Shown piece after piece: positions 26,545 to 36,753 of a stretch of DNA of 64,000 nucleotides; the stretch's first letter is position 1; every line of letters begins with the position of its first letter. The DNA comes from Planctomycetales bacterium (GTDB taxonomy: Bacteria > 4484-113 > JAFGCY01): assembly GCA_022646745.1 (NCBI GenBank), contig CP060262.1:1495149-1559148 (forward strand). The letters run 5' to 3'. The translations under genes and the position numbers were made by a program. The notes under the pieces are model-generated. The model was not told the origin of the DNA, searched no databases, and was given only the letters and a program-made list of their open reading frames with translations.

Positions 26545-27174
26545 TCAGTCCTCCTCGACGCCCAGCCAGCGGCGGAGCTTGTTGACTGCGTAGCGCATCC
26601 GCGAAAGCACCGTACTGAGCGGGCATTCGCAGATCTCGGCGATTTCCTCGAAGGTCAGCTCGTGGTAGATCTTGAGGATCACCACGGTCCGTTGCTTTTC
26701 TGGCAACCTGTCTATCAGTACCTTGAGGGTCTCTGAAAAATTCTCACGCTCAAGCACGTTTTCCGGCAGATCCCGGAAATCCTCGATGAAATCCTGGCGC
26801 TCACTGTCGCTGCCCTCGTCGCCCACCGGGGTGTTCAGCGAGAATGTCTGCTTGGCCGCACTCTTCTTCCAGTGGCGCTTGACCTCATTGAGCGCGATCT
26901 TGTAGACCCAGCTGGAGAACTTCTTCTCCGGGTCGAAGTTCTTCGCGCTCTTGAACACCCGCAGGAACACCTCCTGCACGAGGTCCTCGATGTTCTCCCG
27001 CTCGCTGACCTGCTTGCGGATGAAGTTGTAGATCTGCTTGTGGTACCTGTCGAATATCTGGTCGAATGCCGCACCGTCACCGGAGGCCAGGCGCACGACG
27101 AGTTCCTCGTCGCTGCCGGGCTTCGGCACGATCGGCACATCCAGGCTCCGTTTGTTCTGTGCTGTACTTTCCAT
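26545..27174 (-). CDS. RNA polymerase sigma-70 family, ECF subfamily
   Basis: Region 2 (IEDLVQEVFLRVF..FSSWVYKIALNEVK) and region 4 HTH (LTFEEIAEICECPLSTVLSRMRYA). Confidence 0.85.
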   Translation of the reverse strand: MESTAQNKRSLDVPIVPKPGSDEELVVRLASGDGAAFDQIFDRYHKQIYNFIRKQVSERENIEDLVQEVFLRVFKSAKNFDPEKKFSSWVYKIALNEVKRHWKKSAAKQTFSLNTPVGDEGSDSERQDFIEDFRDLPENVLERENFSETLKVLIDRLPEKQRTVVILKIYHELTFEEIAEICECPLSTVLSRMRYAVNKLRRWLGVEED

Positions 27175-27188
27175 GTTCCCGGTCCAGT

Positions 27189-27605
27189 CTACCCCGCTTC
27201 CCCCGTTTCATCCAGCTCCACCAGTTCGGTGAGCACGCCGCAGGCGCTCTTCGGGTGGATGAAGAACACCCGGCCCTCGGCACCCTGGAACGGAGACTCG
27301 CTCAGCAGCTGCATCCCTGCATCGCTGAGCCTGCCATGCGCCTGGTCCACATCCCCGCTTTCAAAGCAGAGGTGGTGCAGCCCCGGTCCGCGCTTCTCGA
27401 GGAAACGCTGCACCGAGCCCGCCGGATCAGTCGCCTCAAGCAGTTCCAGCTTGGTGTTGCCCGTGAGCATTGCAATGCGCACCCCCTCGGATGGCACCTC
27501 GTGGTATTCCACGGCCTCCGCGGGATAACTGAGCATCGCGCACCACAGCGGCACTGCTTCCTCCAGTGATTTCACGACGATCCCGATGTGGTCCAGCTGA
27601 AACAT
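27189..27605 (-). CDS. VOC family protein, methylmalonyl-CoA epimerase-like
   Basis: HIGIVV and HHLCF metal-ligand motifs of the MCE/glyoxalase fold. 14 nt upstream of the sigma gene. Confidence 0.6.
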   Translation of the reverse strand: MFQLDHIGIVVKSLEEAVPLWCAMLSYPAEAVEYHEVPSEGVRIAMLTGNTKLELLEATDPAGSVQRFLEKRGPGLHHLCFESGDVDQAHGRLSDAGMQLLSESPFQGAEGRVFFIHPKSACGVLTELVELDETGEAG

Positions 27606-27776
27606 AGCCTGAATTATATAAGTGCTTTCCGGCCCTGTTAGCTACCGTTCCACAGGAGGCTTTGTTTCAATTGGGAACAGGGCCAGTCTCAATTGCGACA
27701 TCCTGTATTTATCAACATTTTCTGTGGATAAGTGCTCATTTACCCTTAACTTAAGTCAGCCTTTTTGAGAAAACTG

Positions 27777-27805
27777 TTGATAACCCTGTTAATAATGTGT
27801 TAATA
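27777..27805 (+). promoter_or_regulatory. candidate sigma-70 promoter TTGATA-N17-TTAATA upstream of the TPR/beta-barrel gene
   Basis: AT-rich divergent region. Contains the ATCAACATTT 10-mer at 27711..27720, shared with 6769..6778. Confidence 0.25.
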
Positions 27806-27921
27806 TCCGCGTCATACGAGCTCTCACCGTGGCTGAGGAAGGCGGTGCTGCTTGTAATGGAAGAAGGCTTAAACCGGCCAGCGGGTCGGTTCAGAGGAAG
27901 TGCCGCAGGGCGGCTAGAGGC

Positions 27922-30900
27922 ATGATAGGCATACGAGGACGGCATCTGTTGCTGCTGGTTGTGATCATCCTGGTCATACTGGCGACAGCTGCGTTCGCCC
28001 AGGAGGATGCATTCACCCGTGCCGATGCCGCATTCAGCCGCCGTGATTGGGCAGTGGCTCGCCAGGAGTACGAGCGCATCGTCGAGACCTACCCCGGCAC
28101 CGCAACAGCCTGGCTGCGCCTCGCACAGATCCACGAGGAACTTGGCAACTGGAATGACGTGGTTGCCATCTATGAGAAGCTCGTCACGCTTGGCCCCGTC
28201 AACCGCGACACCCGCATGGCCTATGGCGATGCGCTGCGCAATGTCGGACGGCTCGAGGACGCGCTGGCCCAGTACGAACTGGCAGTGCGAGAGGCCCCCG
28301 TCACCGAAAGCGTTGACAAGGCCCTCTCCCGCGCCTGTGATGCCTTTGACCGTGGGGACCTGGAAGCCGCCCAGCAGTCTTACGAGGATGTGACCCGTAA
28401 CTGGCCGGGGCATCCGACCGCCTGGCTTGGGCTGGCCCGCATCCACTCCCGCAATGCGGACTGGCAATCAGCCGTCGCAGCCTACGCCCAGCTTGAGTCG
28501 CTCGGGCCGCTGGGCAAGGAGATCCGCATGGAGTACGGCGATGCCCTGCGCAGCGCCGGACGGCTCGAGGAAGGGATCGCCCAGTACAACATGGCCGTCG
28601 GCACACCGATGTCGCCGGAATTCCAGCAGACCAAGCGCTACCTGCCTGAGGCCGTTTCGGTGCAGAGCGTTGACGGCTCCCACCTTGAGGAACAGGACCG
28701 GCAGCGCCCGCAGCGCATGCTGATCGTGCCCGGTGAGGAGGAGCGCAGCATTGAGGCTGCCAACGCTCGCATTGAGAGCCTGATCGGTTCCGGCAGCCAG
28801 GCCGCGCCGGCAAGCGGACAGCCCGCCGGAAATGGCAATACAAGTACGGGGCAGAAGACCTGGCTGGATTTCGATCCGGCCGCTGCCAGTTTCCGCAGTT
28901 CCCGCATCGAGGACCTGCCGGGCGAGGACGAGGAAAGCATCATGTCCGCGCTGCTGCCGCCCAAGCCGGCCGGCGAGCGCATTGACAAGGGCATGCTGCG
29001 CCCGGGCGAGAAGCCCGCACCGGCTGGGGATGGGGCTGACTTCCATGAGCCCTTCCGATCCGACAGCAGCCTGATGCAGGTCAACCTCGCTGAGAGCAAG
29101 GTGAATGGCAGCACCGCAGGCACGGGCCAGCCAGCGACGAACATCGCTGACAACACCCGGGTGCGCAACACGGCTGAGTTCTTCAAGGGCGCTGAGATCC
29201 ATGCAATGCAGGCTACCGGCGAAGGAGATGACGATGCTTCCCAGCCCGCCGGCGGATCGATGGACTGGCTGCGCACCGCGCGCCAGCACTACGATGCCGA
29301 GGAATGGTCCGATGCCGTGCTGGCATTCCAGAACTACATCGATGAGGTCGGAGATGACAACCTCGACACCGGTGTGAGGCTGGAGTACGCCCTGGCACTG
29401 CTGGAGGATGGCCAGACTGAACTGGCCGAGGACAACATCTCACTGGTGATGCACCAGGAGCCGGAGAACACCGAGGCCAAGATCGCGCTGGCGAAGCTGC
29501 TGTCGCGCACCGGCGAGCTGAACGACTCGATGCTGCTGCTGGACCAGCTGCGCATGGATGAAACCAGCCGCACTGAGGTCCGCCTGGCGCGGATTTACGG
29601 CTATTTCCACAACGACTACATCCAGGAAACACTGATGGACCTGGGTGAGCTGATCGCCACCAATTCCGCCAATGACGACATCCGCGAGATGGTGGCGCGA
29701 GGCGCGCCCTGGACCGAGGTCAAGCCGCTGCTGGAGGCCCGCCCCGGCAACGAACGGATCATCGAGATGGTGGAGACCGTCAAGGCCCGCCTGCTGGCCG
29801 AAATGGACATCGGCGAGGCGGACATTGCCAACATCGCGATGCAGATGTATGAGAGCGGCCAGTATGACACCGCGCGCACGGACTTCGAGCAGAAGGTTGC
29901 CGACGATCCGGAGGACATGCAGAGCTGGCGCGGGCTGGCGGTGCTGACAATGGTTGCCAAGGACTACAGCGCGAGTATCGAGGCCTGGGAGGCCTACCTC
30001 GGCCTGATGCCGGACGATGCGCAGGCCCGCCTGTACTACGCGCAGGCCCTGATGAATTGTGACTGCAACGCGGCGCTGTGTGAACTGTGGGCCCTGATTG
30101 CGCTTGGCGAGCCGGAGAACCTGGCCGGCCACAAGCTGTATGAATTCCAGTCCGGCATGAGCAGCATCCCCGAGGATGCGACGGTCGACCAGGCAACCTA
30201 TGAGGATGCCCTGCTGAACTATGCTGTTGCATTGTCAATCTGCGAGCGCAGCAAGGAATCGCTCTACTGGTTCCGCCAGGCGATGTACTGGCAGCCTGAC
30301 AACCTCTACTGGCAGACATACTACGCCGGTGCGCTGAACACGCTTGAGCGCTATGACGAGGCGATGGGCATCTACTGCGCCGTGCTGCGCGAGGAGCCGA
30401 TGTTCGAGCCCGCTATGCTCGGCCGCGGCTACACCTATGCCTCGATGGGCCAGTACCGTGATGCATTCCGTGAATGGGACAGCATCCCGCTGGACAGCCA
30501 GTACTACCTGCCGGGCCGGATCGCCAAGGCCTACGGCCTGCTGTGGAAGGGCCAGCGCAGCGATGCGATGGCAATGGCCTGCTACGTGATGCGCGACGAC
30601 CCGGAGAACTGCGAGGTCTGGGACCTTGTGATGGCCATCAAGGAAGTGCCTGACGCCACGCTCGATGTGGCCTGGCGCCAGAGCCATGACAGCGAGGACA
30701 ACGACCTGCGGGCGGTGACGACCACGCTGACCGTGCCGCTTGATGCGCGCGGCTCGCTGATGGGAATCGTGCATGAGGACTTCAAGGTTGACAACACCGT
30801 GGCCGGGCAGGAGAGCGATGGTGAAAGCACCGCACTGAGCTTCGTGCTGCCGGTCAACGACCGCCAGCGCTTCCAGGTGCTGGCGCGCTACCTCGACATC

Positions 30901-31548
30901 GACAACGGTGCCGACGCCCCGGTGGACAACTGGGACTGGTCGGCCTCCTACACCGTCGAGATGAATGACAACCGCCAGCTGCGCCTGGCCTATGACAGCC
31001 GGATGTTCTACGAGACCCCGGAACTGGCGCGCAACGGCATCGTGATGGATGAGTACAGCATCGGCGCGACCATGCCGTTCTTCCACGATGAGGAGACGCG
31101 CCTGATCGCGAGCTTCGCCTATGGCGACCTGAGCGACGGCAACAGCCGGATCAACACCGACTGGCGCATCGAGCGCGAACGGAACCACTGGGGCCGCGGC
31201 AAGCTGATCTACGGCCTGCACTTCGTCACGCTGGACTACTGCCGTGACGAAAATAACGGCTACTGGGACCCGAACAACTACCGCTTCGGCGAGATCTACG
31301 CGGACTGGATCGATACCAGCCACAACGACTTCCTCTGGGACTTCGGTGTCGGTTACGGCTGGGACGATGCGGCGGACCGTTCCCCGGCGGATGTGCTGCG
31401 CTACAAGGTCGGGCTGCGGGCCAAGCTGTTCCGTGACCGCCTGACGATGCGAGCCGGATATTCCAACAGCGAACTGGCCACCCTGGTCACCGATGGTCCG
31501 GGTTACCGCTATGAGCTGTGGACCCTCTCCGGGCAGGTCAAATTCTAG
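27922..31548 (+). CDS. TPR-repeat protein with C-terminal outer-membrane beta-barrel (BcsC/PgaA-like polysaccharide export porin architecture)
   Basis: Signal peptide at the ATG 27922 start. Many TPR units in the N-terminal 800 aa. C-terminal 400 aa has alternating amphipathic beta-strand patterns and ends ..YRYELWTLSGQVKF with the terminal Phe typical of OMPs. Start uncertain because SD spacing is poor; the ORF is open from GTG 27829. Confidence 0.6.
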   Translation: MIGIRGRHLLLLVVIILVILATAAFAQEDAFTRADAAFSRRDWAVARQEYERIVETYPGTATAWLRLAQIHEELGNWNDVVAIYEKLVTLGPVNRDTRMAYGDALRNVGRLEDALAQYELAVREAPVTESVDKALSRACDAFDRGDLEAAQQSYEDVTRNWPGHPTAWLGLARIHSRNADWQSAVAAYAQLESLGPLGKEIRMEYGDALRSAGRLEEGIAQYNMAVGTPMSPEFQQTKRYLPEAVSVQSVDGSHLEEQDRQRPQRMLIVPGEEERSIEAANARIESLIGSGSQAAPASGQPAGNGNTSTGQKTWLDFDPAAASFRSSRIEDLPGEDEESIMSALLPPKPAGERIDKGMLRPGEKPAPAGDGADFHEPFRSDSSLMQVNLAESKVNGSTAGTGQPATNIADNTRVRNTAEFFKGAEIHAMQATGEGDDDASQPAGGSMDWLRTARQHYDAEEWSDAVLAFQNYIDEVGDDNLDTGVRLEYALALLEDGQTELAEDNISLVMHQEPENTEAKIALAKLLSRTGELNDSMLLLDQLRMDETSRTEVRLARIYGYFHNDYIQETLMDLGELIATNSANDDIREMVARGAPWTEVKPLLEARPGNERIIEMVETVKARLLAEMDIGEADIANIAMQMYESGQYDTARTDFEQKVADDPEDMQSWRGLAVLTMVAKDYSASIEAWEAYLGLMPDDAQARLYYAQALMNCDCNAALCELWALIALGEPENLAGHKLYEFQSGMSSIPEDATVDQATYEDALLNYAVALSICERSKESLYWFRQAMYWQPDNLYWQTYYAGALNTLERYDEAMGIYCAVLREEPMFEPAMLGRGYTYASMGQYRDAFREWDSIPLDSQYYLPGRIAKAYGLLWKGQRSDAMAMACYVMRDDPENCEVWDLVMAIKEVPDATLDVAWRQSHDSEDNDLRAVTTTLTVPLDARGSLMGIVHEDFKVDNTVAGQESDGESTALSFVLPVNDRQRFQVLARYLDIDNGADAPVDNWDWSASYTVEMNDNRQLRLAYDSRMFYETPELARNGIVMDEYSIGATMPFFHDEETRLIASFAYGDLSDGNSRINTDWRIERERNHWGRGKLIYGLHFVTLDYCRDENNGYWDPNNYRFGEIYADWIDTSHNDFLWDFGVGYGWDDAADRSPADVLRYKVGLRAKLFRDRLTMRAGYSNSELATLVTDGPGYRYELWTLSGQVKF

Positions 31549-31639
31549 GTTTCACCCCTGTTTTCCTGACTGCCGGTTCCATTTAACCTTGATTTAACTG
31601 ATTTCGCGCACTTGCTGACAGTTTGTGCACTGATCCAAG

Positions 31640-31668
31640 TTGACTCACACACCCTATATAACTAGAAT
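31640..31668 (+). promoter_or_regulatory. sigma-70 promoter TTGACT-N17-TAGAAT
   Basis: Near-consensus hexamers upstream of the PKD lipoprotein gene. A CCGGTC-attatt-CGACCGG palindrome lies between the promoter and the start. Confidence 0.4.
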
Positions 31669-31705
31669 TTAGCATCCGGTCATTATTCGACCGGCTGGCT
31701 CAGGG

Positions 31706-32740
31706 GTGATATTGATGACCAGACACTGGCTGAACTCCCGCGCAGGCGGGTTATCTCAGTACATGAGACAGGGCGGAATTGTCCTGCTTGTGTGCGCCTG
31801 CTGCCTGATCTTCGGATGCGGCGGTTCCACCACAACCACTCCGGACCAGAACGGTGATCCGATCATCGTCGCCTGGCTGGAGACCTTCGGCTCGGACAAG
31901 AACCTCGGTGCCACGATCGATGGCTCCGGCAGCTGGTCCACCGAAGGTGCCGTCACTTACGACTACGACATGGACGGTGATGGCACATATGACGTGCTGG
32001 CCGGCGACAGTGTCGAGACCTGGATCTATCCGAAGGCCGGCCAGTACACCGTGATCCTGCGTGTGACAGATCCGAAGGGCAACTCAGCCACCGACACCGC
32101 CAAGGCAACTGCGGTCGATGAGACCGGCGGCAGCGACGGCGGGGATGGCAGCGGCGATGGCGGCGGGGATCCCGTTGATGAGACGCCGGTGGCCAAGCTC
32201 AACATCTACTGGGCTGAGGGTGGCAACGCCTTCCGCACGCTGGATGCCACGAGCAGCTGGGCCAAGGACGGGGGCAACCTGAGCTACGACTACGACATTG
32301 ACGGCGACGGGAACTATGAGATCAAGAATGGACAGAAGTCCCTTGTATATGAGTATCCCAAGCCCGGCGAATACACCACCGTGCTGCGCGTGACCGACAG
32401 CAAGGGCAACTCGGCGACGGCTTCCTTCACGGAGACCATCCAGCCGGATGACCCGAATGCCTGGGATCCCTCCGACCTTGCACCGGTCGTCAAGCTGCAG
32501 GCTTACTGGGCCGAGGGCGGCGATGAGTACCGCACGATCGATGCCCAGAGCAGCTGGGCCCGCACCGGCGAGGACCTCGTCTACGACTACGACATGAACA
32601 ACGACGGGACGTTCGAGATCAAGGGCGGTGAGCCCGTGTTCGTCCATCATTTCCCGGGACCGGGAAGCTACCGCATCTGGCTGAGGGTCACTGACGAAAG
32701 TGGCAACTCAGGCACGACCTCCATTGTTGTCGAGGTATAG
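31706..32740 (+). CDS. PKD-repeat lipoprotein
   Basis: Lipobox LIFGCGG. Three PKD-like repeats (..YDYDMDGDGTYD.., ..YDYDIDGDGNYE.., ..YDYDMNNDGTFE..). Confidence 0.6.
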   Translation: MILMTRHWLNSRAGGLSQYMRQGGIVLLVCACCLIFGCGGSTTTTPDQNGDPIIVAWLETFGSDKNLGATIDGSGSWSTEGAVTYDYDMDGDGTYDVLAGDSVETWIYPKAGQYTVILRVTDPKGNSATDTAKATAVDETGGSDGGDGSGDGGGDPVDETPVAKLNIYWAEGGNAFRTLDATSSWAKDGGNLSYDYDIDGDGNYEIKNGQKSLVYEYPKPGEYTTVLRVTDSKGNSATASFTETIQPDDPNAWDPSDLAPVVKLQAYWAEGGDEYRTIDAQSSWARTGEDLVYDYDMNNDGTFEIKGGEPVFVHHFPGPGSYRIWLRVTDESGNSGTTSIVVEV

Positions 32741-32743
32741 GAC

Positions 32744-34726
32744 ATGTACAAGGTTTGGGAAGAGCGAAGTGGAATGAAGGGGCTGCTGGCTGTGATGCTG
32801 TTCGGCCTGCTGCTGGCCGCGTCATGCGGCGGTGGCGGATCGACGGCTGTTGATGCCGCCAATACCAGCTCCCCCGTCGCCGTGCTGACGGCCAACCCCG
32901 GCAGCAGCGGTGCGGCACCGTTCAGGGTCAGCTTCAACGCTGCCAGCTCGCGCAGCAGCAACGGCACCATTGCCCGCTATGACTGGGACACCAATGGCGA
33001 CGGCAGCTTCGAGGTGAGTGACGGCAGCGCCACGCTGGACTGGACCTACCAGGACGGCGGCAGCTACAAGGCCAGCGTCAAGGTGACCGATACCGGTGGC
33101 CGCAGCGCCACGGCCACCATGAGCATCTCCGTCTCCGGCGGCACAACGGGTGGCAATACCACCGGAGGCAACACCACCGGGGGCAATGCCAACCAGAACG
33201 CGGCCGGCAGCCCGAATCCGCCGACCGCCCGCCTGACAGCCTCGCCGCGCACCGGCCCGGCACCGCTGAAGGTCACGCTGGATGCCAGCGAGAGCTTTGA
33301 CAGCGATGGCAGCATCGTCGGCTATGAGTTCGACCGCGACGGCGACGGCAGCTATGACTGGAAGGGCAACAGCCCGACTGTGCAGTTCACCTACCCCGAC
33401 GTAGGCGACTACACCGTCAAGGTGCGCGTCGAGGACAACGGCGGCAACAAGAGCGTTGCCAGCATGCAGGTCAGTGCACTGAAGGCCAGCGAACCCGGCC
33501 CGGTGACCGGCCCGAACCCCGGTTCCGCCACCACCCCGGTCGCCAGCCTGACGGTCACGCCGGCCACCAGCGGTGAGATCCCGTTCTCGGTGAAGTTCGA
33601 CGCATCCGGCAGCACCGACCCGGACGGCACGATCGAGACATATGAATTCGATCCCGACGGCGACGGAACCTACGACTACAGCGGCCCGAGCGCCAAGTAT
33701 GACTACACCTATGCCACTGCCGGCAACTACGAGGCCCGCGCCCGCGTGATTGACAACGACGGCAACAGCTCGCTGCTGACCGTGATCATGCATGCGCTGG
33801 CCCCGGGCCAGACCGGCGAGGAGACCCAGGTCGCGCCGACCCTGCGCCTGACGGTGCGTCCCGGCACGACCGGCCCGGCCCCCTTCGAGGTCGAGTTCGA
33901 CGCCTCCGCCAGTGATGATGAGGACGGCACGATCACGAAGTTCCAGTTCGACACCGATGGCGACGGCAGCTACGAGGCCAACGGCACGGCCTCGAAGTTC
34001 ACCTACACCTATGACACCCCCGGTGACTACACTGCCCGCGTGCGTGCCACGGACAATGATGGCAACACGGCGGAAGTGAGCGTGATGATCACCGTCGAGC
34101 TGCCCTTTGACCCGAACAACGAGCCGCCGATCGCCCGCCTGGAGCTTGACCCGGCATTCAACGGCAATGCCCCCTTCGCGGTGCGCCTCGACGGTTCCTC
34201 CAGCGAGGACCCGGACGGCAGCATCGTCAAGTATGAGTTCGATGCCAATGGCGACGGCATGGTGGACTACAGCGGCCCGAACAGCAGCTATGACTACACC
34301 TATGCCAGCGCCGGCCAGTACGACGCCTGGATGCGGGTGACAGACAACGGCAACCGCTCCAGCATCGCCACCGTGGCGGTCGTGATCAGTGGCAACACCG
34401 GTGATCCGAATGACCCCAATGACCCGAATGACCCGCCGGATGACGGCAACTACGACCCGATCGCGGTAATGTTCGTCGACCCGGTGTTCGGCAAGGCCCC
34501 GCTGACCGTGGAATTCGACGCCGGCCCGAGCCTGGACATTGACGGCACCATCGTGAAGTACAAGTGGGAGATCGACGGCAAGGGACCCTTCCCGCAGGGA
34601 CCGCTCGGTGACCCGAAGGTCGTCACCGTGACGTTCACCTCGCCTGGCAACTACTGGGCCAAGCTGACCGTGACGGATGACGAGGGCGGCACCGGCAGCC
34701 TGAGCATGCTGGTGATCGTCCAGTAA
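32744..34726 (+). CDS. PKD-repeat lipoprotein (about 7 PKD units)
   Basis: Lipobox LLAASCGGGG (a start at 32774 is also possible). Repeated Dx(D/N)GDGxY and VxVxDNxG PKD motifs. Confidence 0.6.
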   Translation: MYKVWEERSGMKGLLAVMLFGLLLAASCGGGGSTAVDAANTSSPVAVLTANPGSSGAAPFRVSFNAASSRSSNGTIARYDWDTNGDGSFEVSDGSATLDWTYQDGGSYKASVKVTDTGGRSATATMSISVSGGTTGGNTTGGNTTGGNANQNAAGSPNPPTARLTASPRTGPAPLKVTLDASESFDSDGSIVGYEFDRDGDGSYDWKGNSPTVQFTYPDVGDYTVKVRVEDNGGNKSVASMQVSALKASEPGPVTGPNPGSATTPVASLTVTPATSGEIPFSVKFDASGSTDPDGTIETYEFDPDGDGTYDYSGPSAKYDYTYATAGNYEARARVIDNDGNSSLLTVIMHALAPGQTGEETQVAPTLRLTVRPGTTGPAPFEVEFDASASDDEDGTITKFQFDTDGDGSYEANGTASKFTYTYDTPGDYTARVRATDNDGNTAEVSVMITVELPFDPNNEPPIARLELDPAFNGNAPFAVRLDGSSSEDPDGSIVKYEFDANGDGMVDYSGPNSSYDYTYASAGQYDAWMRVTDNGNRSSIATVAVVISGNTGDPNDPNDPNDPPDDGNYDPIAVMFVDPVFGKAPLTVEFDAGPSLDIDGTIVKYKWEIDGKGPFPQGPLGDPKVVTVTFTSPGNYWAKLTVTDDEGGTGSLSMLVIVQ

Positions 34727-34803
34727 CACGGACTGACAACGCAGTGCAGGCCGTCTCGCCACATCACCGTGGCGGGGCGGCCTGTTTCCTTTTCCGGTGC
34801 AGA

Positions 34804-34833
34804 TTGACAATCGCTGTGCTGCACGGCTAAACT
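34804..34833 (+). promoter_or_regulatory. candidate promoter TTGACA-N18-TAAACT preceded by an intrinsic terminator (34752..34800)
   Basis: Perfect -35 hexamer. The upstream hairpin GGCCG..CCAC-atcacc-GTGG..CGGCC followed by a T-rich run terminates the PKD gene. Confidence 0.3.
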
Positions 34834-34902
34834 GGTCGCCGTCCAGCCGGGATATGTGGAGGTCGGCAGGCCGGTGCGCCAGGATGCACCGCTGCCCCTG
34901 TC

Positions 34903-36315
34903 ATGCAGTTCCAGACCCTGATCTTCGCGGTGTTCTTCGTGCTCGTGCTCAGCGCGAACTGGCTGCTGCGCCGCCATGACATGCCGCGCAAGCTGTTGTT
35001 GGTGCTGGCGAGCTACTACTTCTATTTCCACCTGAGCTTCACCTGGCTGATGCCGTCGATCCTCGCGGGCTCCTCGTTGCTGAACTACTTCTGCGGTGAG
35101 GGTATCTTCAAGGCCCGCGAAGCCGGCAACAAGGGCGCACAGCGCGCCTGGTTCAGGCTCGGCATCTGGGGCAACCTGCTGACGCTTGGCGTCTTCAAGT
35201 ACTACGGCTTCTTCCAGGAGAACGTGGAGAACGTGCTGGGCAACTTCGGGATGAGCTCGCACCTGCCGATCCTCGAGATCATGCTGCCTGTGGGCCTGTC
35301 CTTCTACACCTTCCAGGGCTTGAGCTACATCATGGACCTCAACCGCGGTAAGGGCGTGCGTGCCAACACCGTGGTGGACTTCCTGCTGTACATCTCCTTC
35401 TTCCCGCAGCTGCTGTCCGGCCCGATCTGCCGTCCGAAGGAACTGCTGCCGCAGCTGCATGAGGGCCTGCCGCAAAGCATCCCGGAGCCGAGCCGGGCAG
35501 TCTCGCTGATCCTCTCCGGCCTGTTCAAGAACGTGGTGCTCAGCCACTACCTCTACATGCACATCGTCGGGGACGTGTTCCTTGACCCGTCTGACTACTC
35601 GGCAGCGTCGCTGTGGGTCGGGATGTTCGCCTATGCCCTGTATATATATGTGGACTTCAGCGGCTACACCGACCTCGCCGTCGGCCTTTCGCTGCTGATG
35701 GGCGTCAGCATCCCGCACAACTTCAATCATCCCTACCTGGCAAGTGATGTCTCCAACTTCTGGGGCCGCTGGCACATGACCCTGTCGCGCTGGATCAACG
35801 ACTACCTCTTCGTGGCACTCGGCGGGCGCGACATCAACAAGCGCTGGACCGCCCTGTTCTGGGCCTGGGTGCTGTGTGGCCTGTGGCATGGCGCCGCCTG
35901 GAACTACATCCTGTGGGGTGCCTATTTCGCCATCGCACTGCTGATCCACCACTACCTGCGCAGCGGCATCAAGAAGAAATGGAAGGGCGGCGTGGCCGGC
36001 CAGATCGGCACCTTCATCGTGGTCTGCTTCGGCTGGGTGATCTTCGCCTCGCCGGACCTCGAGACTCTGTGGGCCTATCTCACCGGCCTGTGGCGCTTCA
36101 GCGCTCCCGGTGAGGGCTTCGAGGCCTTCGTGCTCGTGGTGCTGGTCCTCGGTGCCTTCATGCACATCTTCGGCGAACGCATTCGCAATGGCTTCATCCG
36201 CCTGCACGACGGAATGCCACCGCTGTTGCGGCCCGTCGCCTGGCTTGCGATCGGGCTTGTAATCCTCGCCCTCAAGCCCAGCGGTATGTCGCCCAACCTC
36301 TACTTCGGATTCTGA
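34903..36315 (+). CDS. MBOAT family O-acyltransferase (AlgI/DltB/PatA-like)
   Basis: Multi-pass membrane protein with the conserved His motifs WGRWHMTLSRWINDYLF and GLWHGAAWNYILWG. Confidence 0.8.
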   Translation: MQFQTLIFAVFFVLVLSANWLLRRHDMPRKLLLVLASYYFYFHLSFTWLMPSILAGSSLLNYFCGEGIFKAREAGNKGAQRAWFRLGIWGNLLTLGVFKYYGFFQENVENVLGNFGMSSHLPILEIMLPVGLSFYTFQGLSYIMDLNRGKGVRANTVVDFLLYISFFPQLLSGPICRPKELLPQLHEGLPQSIPEPSRAVSLILSGLFKNVVLSHYLYMHIVGDVFLDPSDYSAASLWVGMFAYALYIYVDFSGYTDLAVGLSLLMGVSIPHNFNHPYLASDVSNFWGRWHMTLSRWINDYLFVALGGRDINKRWTALFWAWVLCGLWHGAAWNYILWGAYFAIALLIHHYLRSGIKKKWKGGVAGQIGTFIVVCFGWVIFASPDLETLWAYLTGLWRFSAPGEGFEAFVLVVLVLGAFMHIFGERIRNGFIRLHDGMPPLLRPVAWLAIGLVILALKPSGMSPNLYFGF

Positions 36316-36316
36316 T

Positions 36317-36628
36317 ATGCAAGACCAGACACAGACAGGGAACACGCAGGAAAACGAGCAGGGACGGATGAGCCCGGGCTTCCTGATCGGCAGCTCATGG
36401 ATGATCCTGATCCTGCTGACCCTGCTGTTCGGCTATGACGTGAACTACGCGGCCTTCAGCTCCGACAACCCCTATGTGCAGGAGAAGGTGCAGCCCCTGA
36501 CCGAGAAGCTCAGCAAGCTCTGCGTGGACAGCGGTCTGCGCAAGCTGCGCCAGGATGTGGAGGGCAAGGTCTACCCGGTCTACGATGATTCCCCGATCTG
36601 GGTGGAGATCGAGGAGCCGGAAGACTGA
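36317..36628 (+). CDS. small membrane protein, hypothetical
   Basis: Single TM helix. Start is 1 nt after the MBOAT stop. Confidence 0.35.
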   Translation: MQDQTQTGNTQENEQGRMSPGFLIGSSWMILILLTLLFGYDVNYAAFSSDNPYVQEKVQPLTEKLSKLCVDSGLRKLRQDVEGKVYPVYDDSPIWVEIEEPED

Positions 36629-36753
36629 CGCTGTTTTAACGCCATTTGCGCTTTTCCGATATTGAACGCTGACCGGCGGGAAACGTCCTGACCGGAGTAA
36701 TCCCACACCAGGGGGCAGCGGTGCACGGATCCGTCCACCGCTATAATCAGCCC

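Noticed and set aside
27650-27690. ECF-type promoter (GGAAC..N16..) in the sigma/TPR divergent region.
   Set aside because: GGAAC is present, but the downstream -10 (gcgaca) does not match the CGTC-type ECF -10 consensus. The evidence is too weak.
36742-36747. Full sigma-70 promoter call at the SGNH gene from the TATAAT 6 nt upstream of its ATG.
   Set aside because: The -10 hexamer is perfect, but no convincing -35 is present (cggtgc). I mention it only as a possible leaderless signal, not as a feature.
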